From sequence record OZ035799.1: DNA of 64,000 bases. One strand, 5' to 3'. The translations under genes were made by a program, and so were the position numbers. The notes below the pieces were generated by a model. The model was not told the DNA's origin. It saw nothing but the letters and a program-made list of their open reading frames with translations, and made no database searches. Positions within the stretch are counted from its first letter, which is position 1; each line of letters begins with the position of its first letter. Below are positions 8,134 through 17,124 of this stretch, piece by piece. Origin of the DNA: Justusliebigvirus alia.

Positions 8134-8502
8134 ATTTGAGGGGGACGGTCGGCAGAAATCGGGGGGCGCTGAAAATCGCGTTAAGCACCTCTCGCAAGCG
8201 AGCAGTATTTTGCGGCAAGTTATTGATATTATTGACTTTACGCTTATGAAAAGGGGGTGTGTCGAAATAAATCGGGTATACCGGAAAATTTTTGTGGCAT
8301 AGATATTTATTTGTCTATATTATGTACAAAGGGGTGTGTTAAAAATATTAGGTATATATAGAATAATTGATAGGGAAATCCTATGCTAATCCCTCCATTA
8401 ATGATGTTCCTATGTTACTGTTCTTGTAATAGATGAAAAGACGCTGTATGATGTGTGGCATGAAACGTAAACTTACAACGTAAACTTATAAAGGAGTCTG
8501 AT

Positions 8503-8880
8503 ATGTGTGTTCCTCTTAGCAGTCCACTGCTGTTAGAATTTTACAAAGCATGGATGCAAGATCATTCCTCAATGCATCGTGAGAATGTTGGTTTGTGTAT
8601 TTGCCTTATGGATTATCTGGCAACCACTATGTCAAAGAAAAAACCTACGCGAGAAGATATAGAACATTTCAAAATGGTTCGCAGTAAAACGCTGGAAGAG
8701 ATGAAATTGCAATTCACGTGTGCTGGGCTATCCTCCTTCCTGCCCTTTAATGATGATCTTCTGTGTTATGAAGATGAAGGTAAGAAACATTCTTGCCATA
8801 CTAACCCAGAGAGATTGCAGTGGGTGAAAGATCGTATTGCCGATTCATGTTTGGTGTTAGGGGGTGATAATGAAAAGTAA
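8503..8880 (+). CDS. hypothetical protein, paralog family member A (125 aa)
   Basis: RBS AAAGGAG; shares motifs GLCxCLxD, FTCAGL, LPFN, RLQWVKDRI with 8870, 11162 and 12154 ORFs. Confidence 0.7.
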   Translation: MCVPLSSPLLLEFYKAWMQDHSSMHRENVGLCICLMDYLATTMSKKKPTREDIEHFKMVRSKTLEEMKLQFTCAGLSSFLPFNDDLLCYEDEGKKHSCHTNPERLQWVKDRIADSCLVLGGDNEK

Positions 8881-9238
8881 TATTCCGTTGAGTAGTGCAG
8901 CTTTAATACGATTCTATAAAGCATGGATTGCCAACCATCCGGCAATGAATCGCACAACGAGTGGCTTGTGTGGTTGTCTGGTAGATTATGTAGATGATTT
9001 TGTTGGTGAGGTAACTAGAGAAGAAGATAAAAGATGGCGTGATCGTTTGTTGGATAGTTTGAAATACGAAATGAGGAAACAATTTACATGTGCAGGACTG
9101 GACTACAATCTTCCGTTCAATGCAGATTGCATGGATTACCTTTCAGAATGTATAGACTTGGCGTGTCATACCAACACGTTACGTCTTCAATGGGTGAAAG
9201 ACAGAATCGAAGATGCAAATAATGCTTGCATTGAATAG
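8870..9238 (+). CDS. hypothetical protein, paralog family member B (122 aa)
   Basis: RBS AGGGGGTGA; tandem to member A with same motifs. Confidence 0.7.
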   Translation: MKSNIPLSSAALIRFYKAWIANHPAMNRTTSGLCGCLVDYVDDFVGEVTREEDKRWRDRLLDSLKYEMRKQFTCAGLDYNLPFNADCMDYLSECIDLACHTNTLRLQWVKDRIEDANNACIE

Positions 9239-9309
9239 AAATGCCTGTACACTGTGTTCCATAAGATATGCAATATCGCGCATAACAAAACTACTAATGA
9301 GAGGTGTAA

Positions 9310-9768
9310 ATGAAAACTGTATCTTTGTATCTTGCTAACACGGAGCGTGTACATAATCTTGTAAAAGAATGCGGTGTGAGTGTTCAATTTAACATAGGAA
9401 CGCCTTCCGTGGTGACAGGCAGCGAGATGTGTGTTATTGATTTCATCAATGAATATTTTCGTGGGAAGCCTATTGCTCGTCACTTCATTCGAGAAATGCG
9501 AGATGTACAACAGGATTATGAATTCTACCCAGAAATTTGTGAACGCTATGAAACTATTCTTAGTTCTGTAGAAGATCCAGATACCAGTGAAACAGGTGTT
9601 TCCCACTTACTGTGGATGTTGAATGAAATCCAGGATGGGTGTAATGATATGTCTGAAACCAAACGCCATCGTTGGCTAGGCTATATTCAGGGTGTTATGG
9701 TTATGAAAAACCTTATTACAGTTGATGATGAACGTAACGCTACGCGCCCCGTCTTTAATGGAGCATAA
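9310..9768 (+). CDS. hypothetical protein (152 aa)
   Basis: ORF with RBS GAGAGGTG. Confidence 0.6.
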   Translation: MKTVSLYLANTERVHNLVKECGVSVQFNIGTPSVVTGSEMCVIDFINEYFRGKPIARHFIREMRDVQQDYEFYPEICERYETILSSVEDPDTSETGVSHLLWMLNEIQDGCNDMSETKRHRWLGYIQGVMVMKNLITVDDERNATRPVFNGA

Positions 9769-9769
9769 C

Positions 9770-9985
9770 ATGAAAAGCATCCAGGTGTGTATTGAAAATA
9801 ATTGTGGTTATCTGGGATTGACACACGTTGCTTTCCCTCTTATGTTAGATGCCGATATCGCTTACAGCGGAGTTGCTTATGTGTCATTCAAGACAATGAG
9901 CCAAGTACCTGGCTGGAAGTGGGAAGTAGTTGATGTTGTTGAAGGAGAAGACTATGTTTTCCTTCCACACGAATATACTGTTTAA
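9770..9985 (+). CDS. hypothetical protein (71 aa)
   Basis: internal ATG of ORF 9722..9985 with RBS AATGGAG. Confidence 0.5.
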   Translation: MKSIQVCIENNCGYLGLTHVAFPLMLDADIAYSGVAYVSFKTMSQVPGWKWEVVDVVEGEDYVFLPHEYTV

Positions 9986-9999
9986 AAGAGGAAAAGAAG

Positions 10000-10176
10000 A
10001 TGGATAAACAAACTACTGTGTACTTAGTAACAAAGAATACCCCAGGCTGGAGCCAATGCAGCACTGTACCTTACAAAATCTGTGCAACATTAGAACTAGC
10101 ACAACGTGCAGAAGCAGAAGTGAATGCCATGCAATACAGCTATGGTGAAATCATTCCTTTTACTCTTGAACAATAA
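10000..10176 (+). CDS. hypothetical protein (58 aa)
   Basis: ORF not in track; RBS AAGAGGAAAAG. Confidence 0.5.
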   Translation: MDKQTTVYLVTKNTPGWSQCSTVPYKICATLELAQRAEAEVNAMQYSYGEIIPFTLEQ

Positions 10177-10187
10177 GGAGTTGTGTA

Positions 10188-10640
10188 ATGTTTGAAATTG
10201 GTAAAGTGTATCGTTTTAAAAACCCATCTTATATCCGTAAGTTTGCTAACGTGTCTGAGTGCAATAGCAGGATTGCTTCTTTTTTAGGTGATTCCTATTT
10301 TCGTGTATTAGATGTGGATGACTGGTATGGTGTCACTGCTTTGCAATCCTTAGCAGGAGAACAAGAAATTATCGCTCAAAATGAAGGAGACTTTCTTCAG
10401 TGTTACACGTTGCTTGCAAAAAGTGAGTTTGAGTATTTTGTAGAAGTCTTAGAGGAAGCACCAAAAAGTAAACACGAAGAGAAATACCTGCTTGTAGTGG
10501 ATGGAGTTCCGATCATGGAAACCATCTCCCGTGAGGAAGTTGAAAAAGAGGCGAAACGTTACAAACTGGATCGTACACAGAGTGTAGTTGAAGTCTATTC
10601 TCTTGTTGGTGTTGCAGATATTCATGTGAACATTGTATAA
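10188..10640 (+). CDS. hypothetical protein (150 aa)
   Basis: RBS AAGGAG. Confidence 0.65.
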   Translation: MFEIGKVYRFKNPSYIRKFANVSECNSRIASFLGDSYFRVLDVDDWYGVTALQSLAGEQEIIAQNEGDFLQCYTLLAKSEFEYFVEVLEEAPKSKHEEKYLLVVDGVPIMETISREEVEKEAKRYKLDRTQSVVEVYSLVGVADIHVNIV

Positions 10641-10643
10641 TAT

Positions 10644-10856
10644 ATGTGTAATGACAGATACATTCTTCGTGTATCTGATAAGTCTCCTATGTTTGACTGG
10701 CGGGGCTGGTGGCTACTGGCTCCGATGCAAGGTCTGACTGACGTGGAAAAGGAGGCTTATGTGTATACAAAAGAAGATATAGAAGATAACCTTTATTTGA
10801 CAGATAACATTAAGAATGGTATCTTTGAGTGTAAATTGAAAGGAGAGGAAGAATGA
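10644..10856 (+). CDS. hypothetical protein (70 aa)
   Basis: ORF, weak RBS. Confidence 0.45.
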   Translation: MCNDRYILRVSDKSPMFDWRGWWLLAPMQGLTDVEKEAYVYTKEDIEDNLYLTDNIKNGIFECKLKGEEE

Positions 10857-11152
10857 CTGTTACAGAAAAACTGCGTTGTATTGCAAAGCAAAGTGGAGAA
10901 GGCTTATGGTTTCCTATTGATGAAGTTATTCAGGACTGTTATGATCAGGCTAAGACTGGCAAATATTCCAAAGCATTTAAACCATCTGTTTTCGGTTTGG
11001 ATGACTATCCGACAAATGAACAAGCAAGGAAACGCCAAGTTGATTTGATTGATCTTGCTATGGAAGCACTACGAGAGCGTGGGCTTAGTAAGGTGTATGC
11101 TTTAAACACCAAAGAGGGTTTTGTAGATTCAGTGATCGTAGATTGGCATTAA
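10853..11152 (+). CDS. hypothetical protein (99 aa)
   Basis: RBS AAAGGAGAGG. Confidence 0.6.
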   Translation: MTVTEKLRCIAKQSGEGLWFPIDEVIQDCYDQAKTGKYSKAFKPSVFGLDDYPTNEQARKRQVDLIDLAMEALRERGLSKVYALNTKEGFVDSVIVDWH

Positions 11153-11161
11153 GGAGAAGCC

Positions 11162-11530
11162 ATGCAAGAAAATAATAAAGTGTGTAACATGAAAAGCAGC
11201 CCCTATTTGCTACAATTTTATGAGTGGTGGTTAGAACAAGAAGATACAAACTTTAGCAAAAAGCATTATGGTCTTTGCACGTGTCTTGTAGACTTCTTAT
11301 ACAATATTGCTTGGATAAAAGATGTTGAGAATGTATCAAAGCTCCAATCCTCTGTACGAGAGGAAATGAAGGAACAATTTAAGAAAGCGGGTTTGAACCA
11401 TTTACATCCGTTTAATACGGATTTCTCGCACTACTTTACGGAAACAGAGCTAGGCATTGCACACCTTAATAAAGAACGTGTACAATGGGTGATTGATCGT
11501 ATTCGTGATATGGAGGAATACAATGGTTAA
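11162..11530 (+). CDS. hypothetical protein, paralog family member C (122 aa)
   Basis: RBS TAAGGAG; family motifs GLCTCLVD, PFN, VQWVIDRI. Confidence 0.7.
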   Translation: MQENNKVCNMKSSPYLLQFYEWWLEQEDTNFSKKHYGLCTCLVDFLYNIAWIKDVENVSKLQSSVREEMKEQFKKAGLNHLHPFNTDFSHYFTETELGIAHLNKERVQWVIDRIRDMEEYNG

Positions 11531-11741
11531 GTTTAAAACTTTCTGTGCAATCACTGTTTGTCTTATTCTTGCATACGTGTTATTCTCTGGTATCGTTCGT
11601 TTAGGTGAGTATATGGCAAGAGAAGCTCGTGCAAGCGAAGCTAAAAAAGAACAGTGTATTGTGTTCAAGCATCAAAGAGATGCTGAAAAGTTTCTCGCAC
11701 TTGATTGCAATCGTTATGTATCTTATCAAATGTATGAGTAA
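11523..11741 (+). CDS. small membrane-anchored hypothetical protein (73 aa); paralog of 15605..15829
   Basis: RBS GGAGGAA; N-terminal TM helix then KEQCIVFKHQRDAEKFL motif. Confidence 0.6.
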   Translation: MVKFKTFCAITVCLILAYVLFSGIVRLGEYMAREARASEAKKEQCIVFKHQRDAEKFLALDCNRYVSYQMYE

Positions 11742-11750
11742 GGAGGGTTT

Positions 11751-11975
11751 ATGGTAAAACGTCTAGAATGGGATGCGTGTACTGCTCACGCTTGTCACTG
11801 TGATATTGTTGAAGATCCTAACGGAGAGATGGTGTATTATGAGGATTACGAAGCATTGCACAATGCTGTGATTGCTTTGCTGGATGATATTAGCTCACGC
11901 TATCCAGGACAACAATTCACGTGTCCACATATCCAACTATTAGCCGAACTTACGGAGTATCCAAGTGTTCCATAA
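11751..11975 (+). CDS. hypothetical protein (74 aa); paralog of 16511..16774
   Basis: RBS TAAGGAGGG; shared CDIV-DP-GE motif. Confidence 0.6.
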   Translation: MVKRLEWDACTAHACHCDIVEDPNGEMVYYEDYEALHNAVIALLDDISSRYPGQQFTCPHIQLLAELTEYPSVP

Positions 11976-11977
11976 TA

Positions 11978-12145
11978 TGGGTGTCCCTGAACAACTCCTC
12001 TTTATTGTAGGATTAGTAGGCTTATTGGCGGCTGGAGCTAAAGCCGCTTCTCACACGCATCACATAATGTTAAGATTTCTATTCCTGCTCCCTTCTATCC
12101 TCGTACTACTAGTCATACTGATCGATAACATTTTTCACAATTAAG
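11978..12145 (+). CDS. small hydrophobic membrane protein (55 aa)
   Basis: ORF not in track; two predicted TM stretches. Confidence 0.4.
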
Positions 12146-12153
12146 GAGAGGCT

Positions 12154-12738
12154 ATGAGTAAAATTATACCAAGCAGTTATGAATTATTGCAGTTTTATGT
12201 ATATTATATAGACTGGGTTAATAGATCGAATGTTAAAGACAATGCGATGTTTAGTAAAAACATCTGTTTAACAGAAAGTATCTTCCGTTATTGGCACACA
12301 GGCAGAAAGTGTACACACAGTGAAGCTATGCGTATTGTAGGTGAATACCTGGAGCAATTGCAAAAAGCAGAACTTCCTGTCCTTCACCCATTCAATGAAT
12401 CTAAAGAAGAATTAGAACAAGAGTGTAGAGAAGGTAAGTGCCATCTGAATGAAAAACGTATCGAATGGGTGAGGCAACGTTTAGCCGATGCAGGAAATCC
12501 TCCTAGTGACTCTGACTATACGTGGTATGATGTAGAGGGTTTAGTTCAAGGTTTTGAGGCTTGTGCTATAGATAATACCAACTTTGCCAAAGTTTTATGC
12601 GAGGCTTATGACCTGGCAGATAAAATCCGAAATCACGGATGGAAACAAGAGCATAAAGAATCATATGAACGCCTTGACAAGATTTTCAAACAGATCTATT
12701 CTAACCACAAGAAGATGTTCCAAATGGAGGATGTGTAA
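12154..12738 (+). CDS. hypothetical protein, paralog family member D with C-terminal extension (194 aa)
   Basis: RBS TAAGGAGAGG; N-terminal 120 aa carries family motifs (LQFY, HPFN, RIEWVRQRL). Confidence 0.65.
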   Translation: MSKIIPSSYELLQFYVYYIDWVNRSNVKDNAMFSKNICLTESIFRYWHTGRKCTHSEAMRIVGEYLEQLQKAELPVLHPFNESKEELEQECREGKCHLNEKRIEWVRQRLADAGNPPSDSDYTWYDVEGLVQGFEACAIDNTNFAKVLCEAYDLADKIRNHGWKQEHKESYERLDKIFKQIYSNHKKMFQMEDV

Positions 12739-12804
12739 TGAAAGAGATTATGTTTGAAGGGCATCGCATTGAATTGCTAAAACACGTTAAATAAGGAGAG
12801 TAAT

Positions 12805-13209
12805 ATGTGGTCTGTTAAAATCAAATATAATGCGCAGTATTATGGTGGAAAGCCTTACGAAGTTGTTATTTGTGACTGTATCTCTAAAGAAGTTGCACAG
12901 CTTTGTGGTGCTGGTGTTAGTGAAGCTATGAACAAAATGCATAACTCGACTGTGCGTTACCTGGATCAAGATATTCCAGAAGATGTAAATGACTATGCTT
13001 ACGAAGTTATTTACAGTGAAGGTAAGAAGCTCTCTATTGAAGATGCACTTAAAGCACTACCTGCTATGTGCAGCCCAACACCAGAAGCAGTTAAAGAGAT
13101 TTTACCAGAATCCAACCCCGATGAATATGCCTCTATGGTTGCTTCAGATATGTGGAATCTCTGTCGAGAAACTATGATTAAAAATCTTGTGGAAATGGCA
13201 CATGAGTAA
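12805..13209 (+). CDS. hypothetical protein (134 aa)
   Basis: RBS TAAGGAGAG. Confidence 0.65.
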   Translation: MWSVKIKYNAQYYGGKPYEVVICDCISKEVAQLCGAGVSEAMNKMHNSTVRYLDQDIPEDVNDYAYEVIYSEGKKLSIEDALKALPAMCSPTPEAVKEILPESNPDEYASMVASDMWNLCRETMIKNLVEMAHE

Positions 13210-13420
13210 AACGCACTTTATACATCCGTTTGATCCAAAGAACAAAGAGGTTATACACCGCCGTTGGACTGAAACGCGCATTACAAAATGTCCTGTGCCA
13301 GCAGCACAGGAATATAACAAAACATATAAAGCAGAATTTGTGGAGTACACCTTTGTGAATAACAAAGGGAAGGAGGTTTATGTTCCAGAATACTGCCTTT
13401 GGATAAAATGGGAGGAATAA
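13202..13420 (+). CDS. hypothetical protein (72 aa)
   Basis: internal ATG of ORF 13187..13420. Confidence 0.45.
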   Translation: MSKTHFIHPFDPKNKEVIHRRWTETRITKCPVPAAQEYNKTYKAEFVEYTFVNNKGKEVYVPEYCLWIKWEE

Positions 13421-13587
13421 TGCAAACATTTTTTATCGACAAGTTCAATAAAAGTATGAACACGTGGATGGCAACATTCACTATGCAATTTGCGTCATTT
13501 AAAGAAGCTCAAGAATGGTGCGATCAACACAAGGATTTTGATTTTTACTATCAAGTTAATGCAAACCTTTCTCCAGAGGAGAAATAA
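13420..13587 (+). CDS. hypothetical protein (55 aa)
   Basis: RBS GGGAGG before ATG 13420. Confidence 0.45.
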   Translation: MQTFFIDKFNKSMNTWMATFTMQFASFKEAQEWCDQHKDFDFYYQVNANLSPEEK

Positions 13588-13588
13588 T

Positions 13589-13933
13589 ATGTTAGCTGAT
13601 ATTGAAATCCTTATGTACCGACAAGGTATGATCAAAATGTGGCTAGATTCTTTTAGCAACATATACTGCACAGTACGATCAGCAGACGAGCGTAAAACGC
13701 TTATTTTATCTGCTATTGTTGATAAACAACGTTTCTTCAAAGAAATTTTGCAAACAGGCTTCTCCGATGCAGGAGTAGAGATTGCAACGCTTAGTCTTGG
13801 AGTGCTGTCTTACTTGGAATCCGTTGTTTTATATGTCTTCTCTTTAGAAGAACACTTGCAATTTGAAGCATTAAAACTTATCTTAGATGCTGCAATTGAC
13901 ATAGAACAAAATCGAATTGATTCTTTTGAATAA
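13589..13933 (+). CDS. hypothetical protein (114 aa)
   Basis: internal ATG with RBS GAGGAGAAATAA. Confidence 0.55.
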   Translation: MLADIEILMYRQGMIKMWLDSFSNIYCTVRSADERKTLILSAIVDKQRFFKEILQTGFSDAGVEIATLSLGVLSYLESVVLYVFSLEEHLQFEALKLILDAAIDIEQNRIDSFE

Positions 13934-13949
13934 AAATAAGGAGGAAACT

Positions 13950-14408
13950 ATGCAAGAGGTTAAACATTATCCACATGGTCGTAGTTTTGTAGCTGTATGG
14001 CATGTTCCTGCTCGTAATGAACTATTTTGTGCATCTTTTCATTACAAAGATGGACAATATTTCACCTATGACGAAACGATGGATGATTTTATCCCAGAGT
14101 GCGATCATGGGTATACACCAATGTTCTTTAAACGTATGAAAGCTCGTTTCTTCGTTACAGATGTTGATGGTGAACCTACTTGGCACATCGAAGAAGATTG
14201 GCAAGATTCTGTGGATATTAAAGAAGCCCCAGAATGGGCTACATTACTGGTACACGTCAAAACCCCTACTCTTGACGTTATGGCGTGGGTTAATCATGAT
14301 GATACCCATTACCAATACATAAATGGTAGCACAGAGATTTCTGGTGAGATTATTGGTCGTTGGAAGCCTACGAATCAGGTTGCTATTGTCGGGTATAAGA
14401 CAGTATAA
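13950..14408 (+). CDS. hypothetical protein (152 aa)
   Basis: RBS AAGGAGGAAAC. Confidence 0.65.
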   Translation: MQEVKHYPHGRSFVAVWHVPARNELFCASFHYKDGQYFTYDETMDDFIPECDHGYTPMFFKRMKARFFVTDVDGEPTWHIEEDWQDSVDIKEAPEWATLLVHVKTPTLDVMAWVNHDDTHYQYINGSTEISGEIIGRWKPTNQVAIVGYKTV

Positions 14409-14409
14409 T

Positions 14410-14604
14410 ATGAAAAATAGTGTAGATTGGGATGATTTATCCGATTTTGAAAAATGGTTCTTAGGTAGTGGTTGTTATGCAGATGGGGATCTCGAAAGAG
14501 ATCCTTCTGGAAACTACACTATGCCATTAACCCAAGGTTTTTATGAGTGCTGGTGCGCAGCACAAAACAACGTACTGAATAAGGAGACAACACAATGCAA
14601 TTAA
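14410..14604 (+). CDS. hypothetical protein (64 aa)
   Basis: internal ATG of ORF 14323..14604. Confidence 0.45.
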   Translation: MKNSVDWDDLSDFEKWFLGSGCYADGDLERDPSGNYTMPLTQGFYECWCAAQNNVLNKETTQCN

Positions 14605-14834
14605 ACATCGGACAACCCATTTTTGATGCAGATACTGGTCAATATGCAGTGATTGTTGCTCGTATGAGCGGTGATGACCTTATTGTTTCAGAACTACTCG
14701 GATCAGATCCACAACTGCGCGTAGTATGTGACCTATATCTTCGAGACGAAAGTGATCGCATTGCACTGAAAGAAGATGGTATGCTCTACTATACCTGGAC
14801 TAGAGATCCTGGGGTAACGGAGGTAGAGGTATAA
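14595..14834 (+). CDS. hypothetical protein (79 aa)
   Basis: RBS AAGGAGAC. Confidence 0.6.
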   Translation: MQLNIGQPIFDADTGQYAVIVARMSGDDLIVSELLGSDPQLRVVCDLYLRDESDRIALKEDGMLYYTWTRDPGVTEVEV

Positions 14835-15133
14835 TGGTAAGGAATAGGGGTTTACATAAAAGAAGACACCTTACTTACTGGCATCGTAAAGTACATGAAC
14901 CTGTATCAAAGAAAGAATGGCAGTATCTGCCTTATGGGAAGGAGCGAAGAAAGTATTTGTTAGCTCATTTAAGGGTACATGGTTCTCTTCCTGTTAACAG
15001 TAAGTGGCAATTGCAAACAGCTTATGACGAAGATATGAAATATCTGTTAAAGAGGGGCATTATTTGCCTTGTTAAGATCGGACGATGGAAATCTCGTCAA
15101 TCTTATATCGTACTTAAACAGGAGAAACGATGA
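14834..15133 (+). CDS. basic hypothetical protein (99 aa)
   Basis: RBS GGAGGTAGAGG; Arg/Lys/His-rich. Confidence 0.55.
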   Translation: MVRNRGLHKRRHLTYWHRKVHEPVSKKEWQYLPYGKERRKYLLAHLRVHGSLPVNSKWQLQTAYDEDMKYLLKRGIICLVKIGRWKSRQSYIVLKQEKR

Positions 15134-15381
15134 ATATCAAAGATGTTGTAGCATACGTAGAAGATGAAGTTAAAAACCATACAAGTTTACTGAAAGTAAT
15201 GGTTGTGGTTAAAGATGGTATTGGACAAGTAAACGTACAACATGTCTTATCTGACACTGTATATAATGTGTTTGAATGTAAAGAAACACCTCATGGAGTA
15301 CGTGTGGTTTATATTGATAACAATTTCAAAGAATGTGTGAGACATACCTTAGAAAATGAACTAAGGATCACAATCTTATGA
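15130..15381 (+). CDS. hypothetical protein (83 aa)
   Basis: RBS CAGGAGAAAC. Confidence 0.55.
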   Translation: MNIKDVVAYVEDEVKNHTSLLKVMVVVKDGIGQVNVQHVLSDTVYNVFECKETPHGVRVVYIDNNFKECVRHTLENELRITIL

Positions 15382-15551
15382 GTTATTATGTTGTACCTTA
15401 TGCCAATAAGTGGAGAGTAAGAGAAACTTGTTTTCTATTCTCCTGGTGGGCTACGTTCGGAGATGGTTGTGGGAATGATACAGGAAAGCCTGTAGAGTAC
15501 GACACAAAAGAAGAATGTGAACAGTGGATAAAATTAACACAAAGATGTTGA
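15378..15551 (+). CDS. hypothetical Trp/Cys-containing small protein (57 aa)
   Basis: ORF not in track; start coupled to upstream stop. Confidence 0.4.
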   Translation: MSYYVVPYANKWRVRETCFLFSWWATFGDGCGNDTGKPVEYDTKEECEQWIKLTQRC

Positions 15552-15576
15552 CACGATCTTAACTTCTTGTTAGTAT
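15548..15576 (+). promoter_or_regulatory. sigma70-like promoter (TTGACA-N17-TAGTAT)
   Basis: hexamers upstream of CDS 15605. Confidence 0.5.
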
Positions 15577-15604
15577 CAATGTGTACTAACGATAAGGAGG
15601 GTTT

Positions 15605-15829
15605 ATGAAGTCTGTAAACAAGTTGCAACAATTTTTGTTATCAACAGCAATCTTTTTGCTTTTGTTAATTGGTATTCTGTATGGTGCATCTAATTTGTAC
15701 AATCTACATAATGATGTAGAACAGAACAAAGAGAAGTGCATCATTCTAAAACACAATAAACAAGCAGAAGATTTCTTAAAGAATAAGTGTTACAACTACA
15801 TTGATTATGAGGAGACAAACAATGATTAA
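15605..15829 (+). CDS. small membrane-anchored hypothetical protein (74 aa); paralog of 11523..11741
   Basis: RBS TAAGGAGGG; TM helix then KEKCIILKHNKQAEDFL. Confidence 0.6.
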   Translation: MKSVNKLQQFLLSTAIFLLLLIGILYGASNLYNLHNDVEQNKEKCIILKHNKQAEDFLKNKCYNYIDYEETNND

Positions 15830-16064
15830 AGAATTAGGTATGCGAGTATACAGTGAGTGGACTCCAAGCAATGGCCCAGGAGTTGTTGCAGCTAAATGTA
15901 TCAATGGTCGTATTGAGTACCTGGAAGGGTATGAAGATAATGAAGAGTTAGTAGATTATGCTAAATCTTTTATTGAAGATGATACAGACTTTATTGTATT
16001 ATATGATACAGGAGAGTTAGAGTATGGATATGATGGAGATGGGGATATCTTTGAACTTCAATAA
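15822..16064 (+). CDS. hypothetical acidic protein (80 aa)
   Basis: internal ATG with RBS GAGGAGACAAAC. Confidence 0.5.
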   Translation: MIKELGMRVYSEWTPSNGPGVVAAKCINGRIEYLEGYEDNEELVDYAKSFIEDDTDFIVLYDTGELEYGYDGDGDIFELQ

Positions 16065-16112
16065 GAGTAGTAAGTAAGATATAAAGAGTAGTAAGTAAGA
16101 TATAAAGAGTAT
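16064..16112. repeat. tandem direct repeat, about 2.5 copies of 20-bp unit AAGAGTAGTAAGTAAGATAT
   Basis: seen directly. Confidence 0.7.
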
Positions 16113-16292
16113 ATAGTTAGTTATAGAGTTAGTAACATTACATATACTCTTTCCATGTATAACATGGAATATTCTCTACCTCGCTATCGCTCGGTATATA
16201 AGATTAGGGTAGCATGTTTTTCACGAAAAGTAAAACTGTTTATACCGATTGATAGCAGGTTTTTAATAGATTCTATCTATGAGGAGTAGAAA

Positions 16293-16511
16293 GTGTACAA
16301 ATTATATAAAGGAAAAGATAAGTTTACGGGTAATACATCTGGTTTCTATGTAACACCACGTGGTGTTGCTGTATTTGATTGGATTCCTGGTACTCCAGAT
16401 CGTGAAATGATCTCTCTTGTAAAACTGTCGGAACAAGAATATACTTATGGTGACATTACAACATTCTATTCTCGTGCAGAAAATCCAAAACTGATCGCGG
16501 AGTGGGAATAA
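16293..16511 (+). CDS. hypothetical protein (72 aa), GTG start
   Basis: RBS GAGGAGTAG before GTG. Confidence 0.5.
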   Translation: MYKLYKGKDKFTGNTSGFYVTPRGVAVFDWIPGTPDREMISLVKLSEQEYTYGDITTFYSRAENPKLIAEWE

Positions 16512-16774
16512 TGGTTACACGATATGGTTTAGAGGTGTACAGCCAAGGTGCTGCTGGTCAATGTGATATTGTACCAGATCCAGAAGGAGACTATGTTCTT
16601 CTTGCTGATTACAACAAGCTAGAAGAAAGACTTCTGGCTGTGTATGCTAAAGAGAACAAAACAATCTGTCCTTATTGCAATGGAATGGGTTGGGTGGTTG
16701 CAGATGTTGGACAAATGTATGAATGTGTACCTTGTAAAACCACAGGCTTTATTGAAAAGGATACTGACAAATGA
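16511..16774 (+). CDS. hypothetical protein with C-terminal CxxC...CxxC zinc-ribbon-like motif (87 aa); paralog of 11751..11975
   Basis: CPYCNG...CVPC; shared N-terminal motif. Confidence 0.55.
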   Translation: MVTRYGLEVYSQGAAGQCDIVPDPEGDYVLLADYNKLEERLLAVYAKENKTICPYCNGMGWVVADVGQMYECVPCKTTGFIEKDTDK

Positions 16775-17019
16775 CTGTAGCAGATAAAATGAGAGAACTG
16801 GCAGAAAACGCAGAACTTAACAAAGCAAAGGAGAGTTTACAAAACATCTACGCGTATATTGAAAGAGCAGCTAAAGATGGAGACAGAGAAGCTGCTATAT
16901 ACACGCTTTATCCAACTTTTGTAAAAGTTAGCTTGGATGCTGAAGGTTTTTCAACTTTTATTGATACAGAAACATCTCATTACGATGAAAACTTTACTCG
17001 AATAGTTATTCGATGGTAA
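16771..17019 (+). CDS. hypothetical protein (82 aa)
   Basis: ORF, translationally coupled. Confidence 0.55.
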   Translation: MTVADKMRELAENAELNKAKESLQNIYAYIERAAKDGDREAAIYTLYPTFVKVSLDAEGFSTFIDTETSHYDENFTRIVIRW

Positions 17020-17124
17020 ATTTCTGATATTTATGCGCCCTGGCTACCTGGGCGTAATAAATTCAGCTTATATTTGATCCGCGCCTTCGGCGCTTAGGCA
17101 AAGCCACGCCACACAGGAGAGTTT

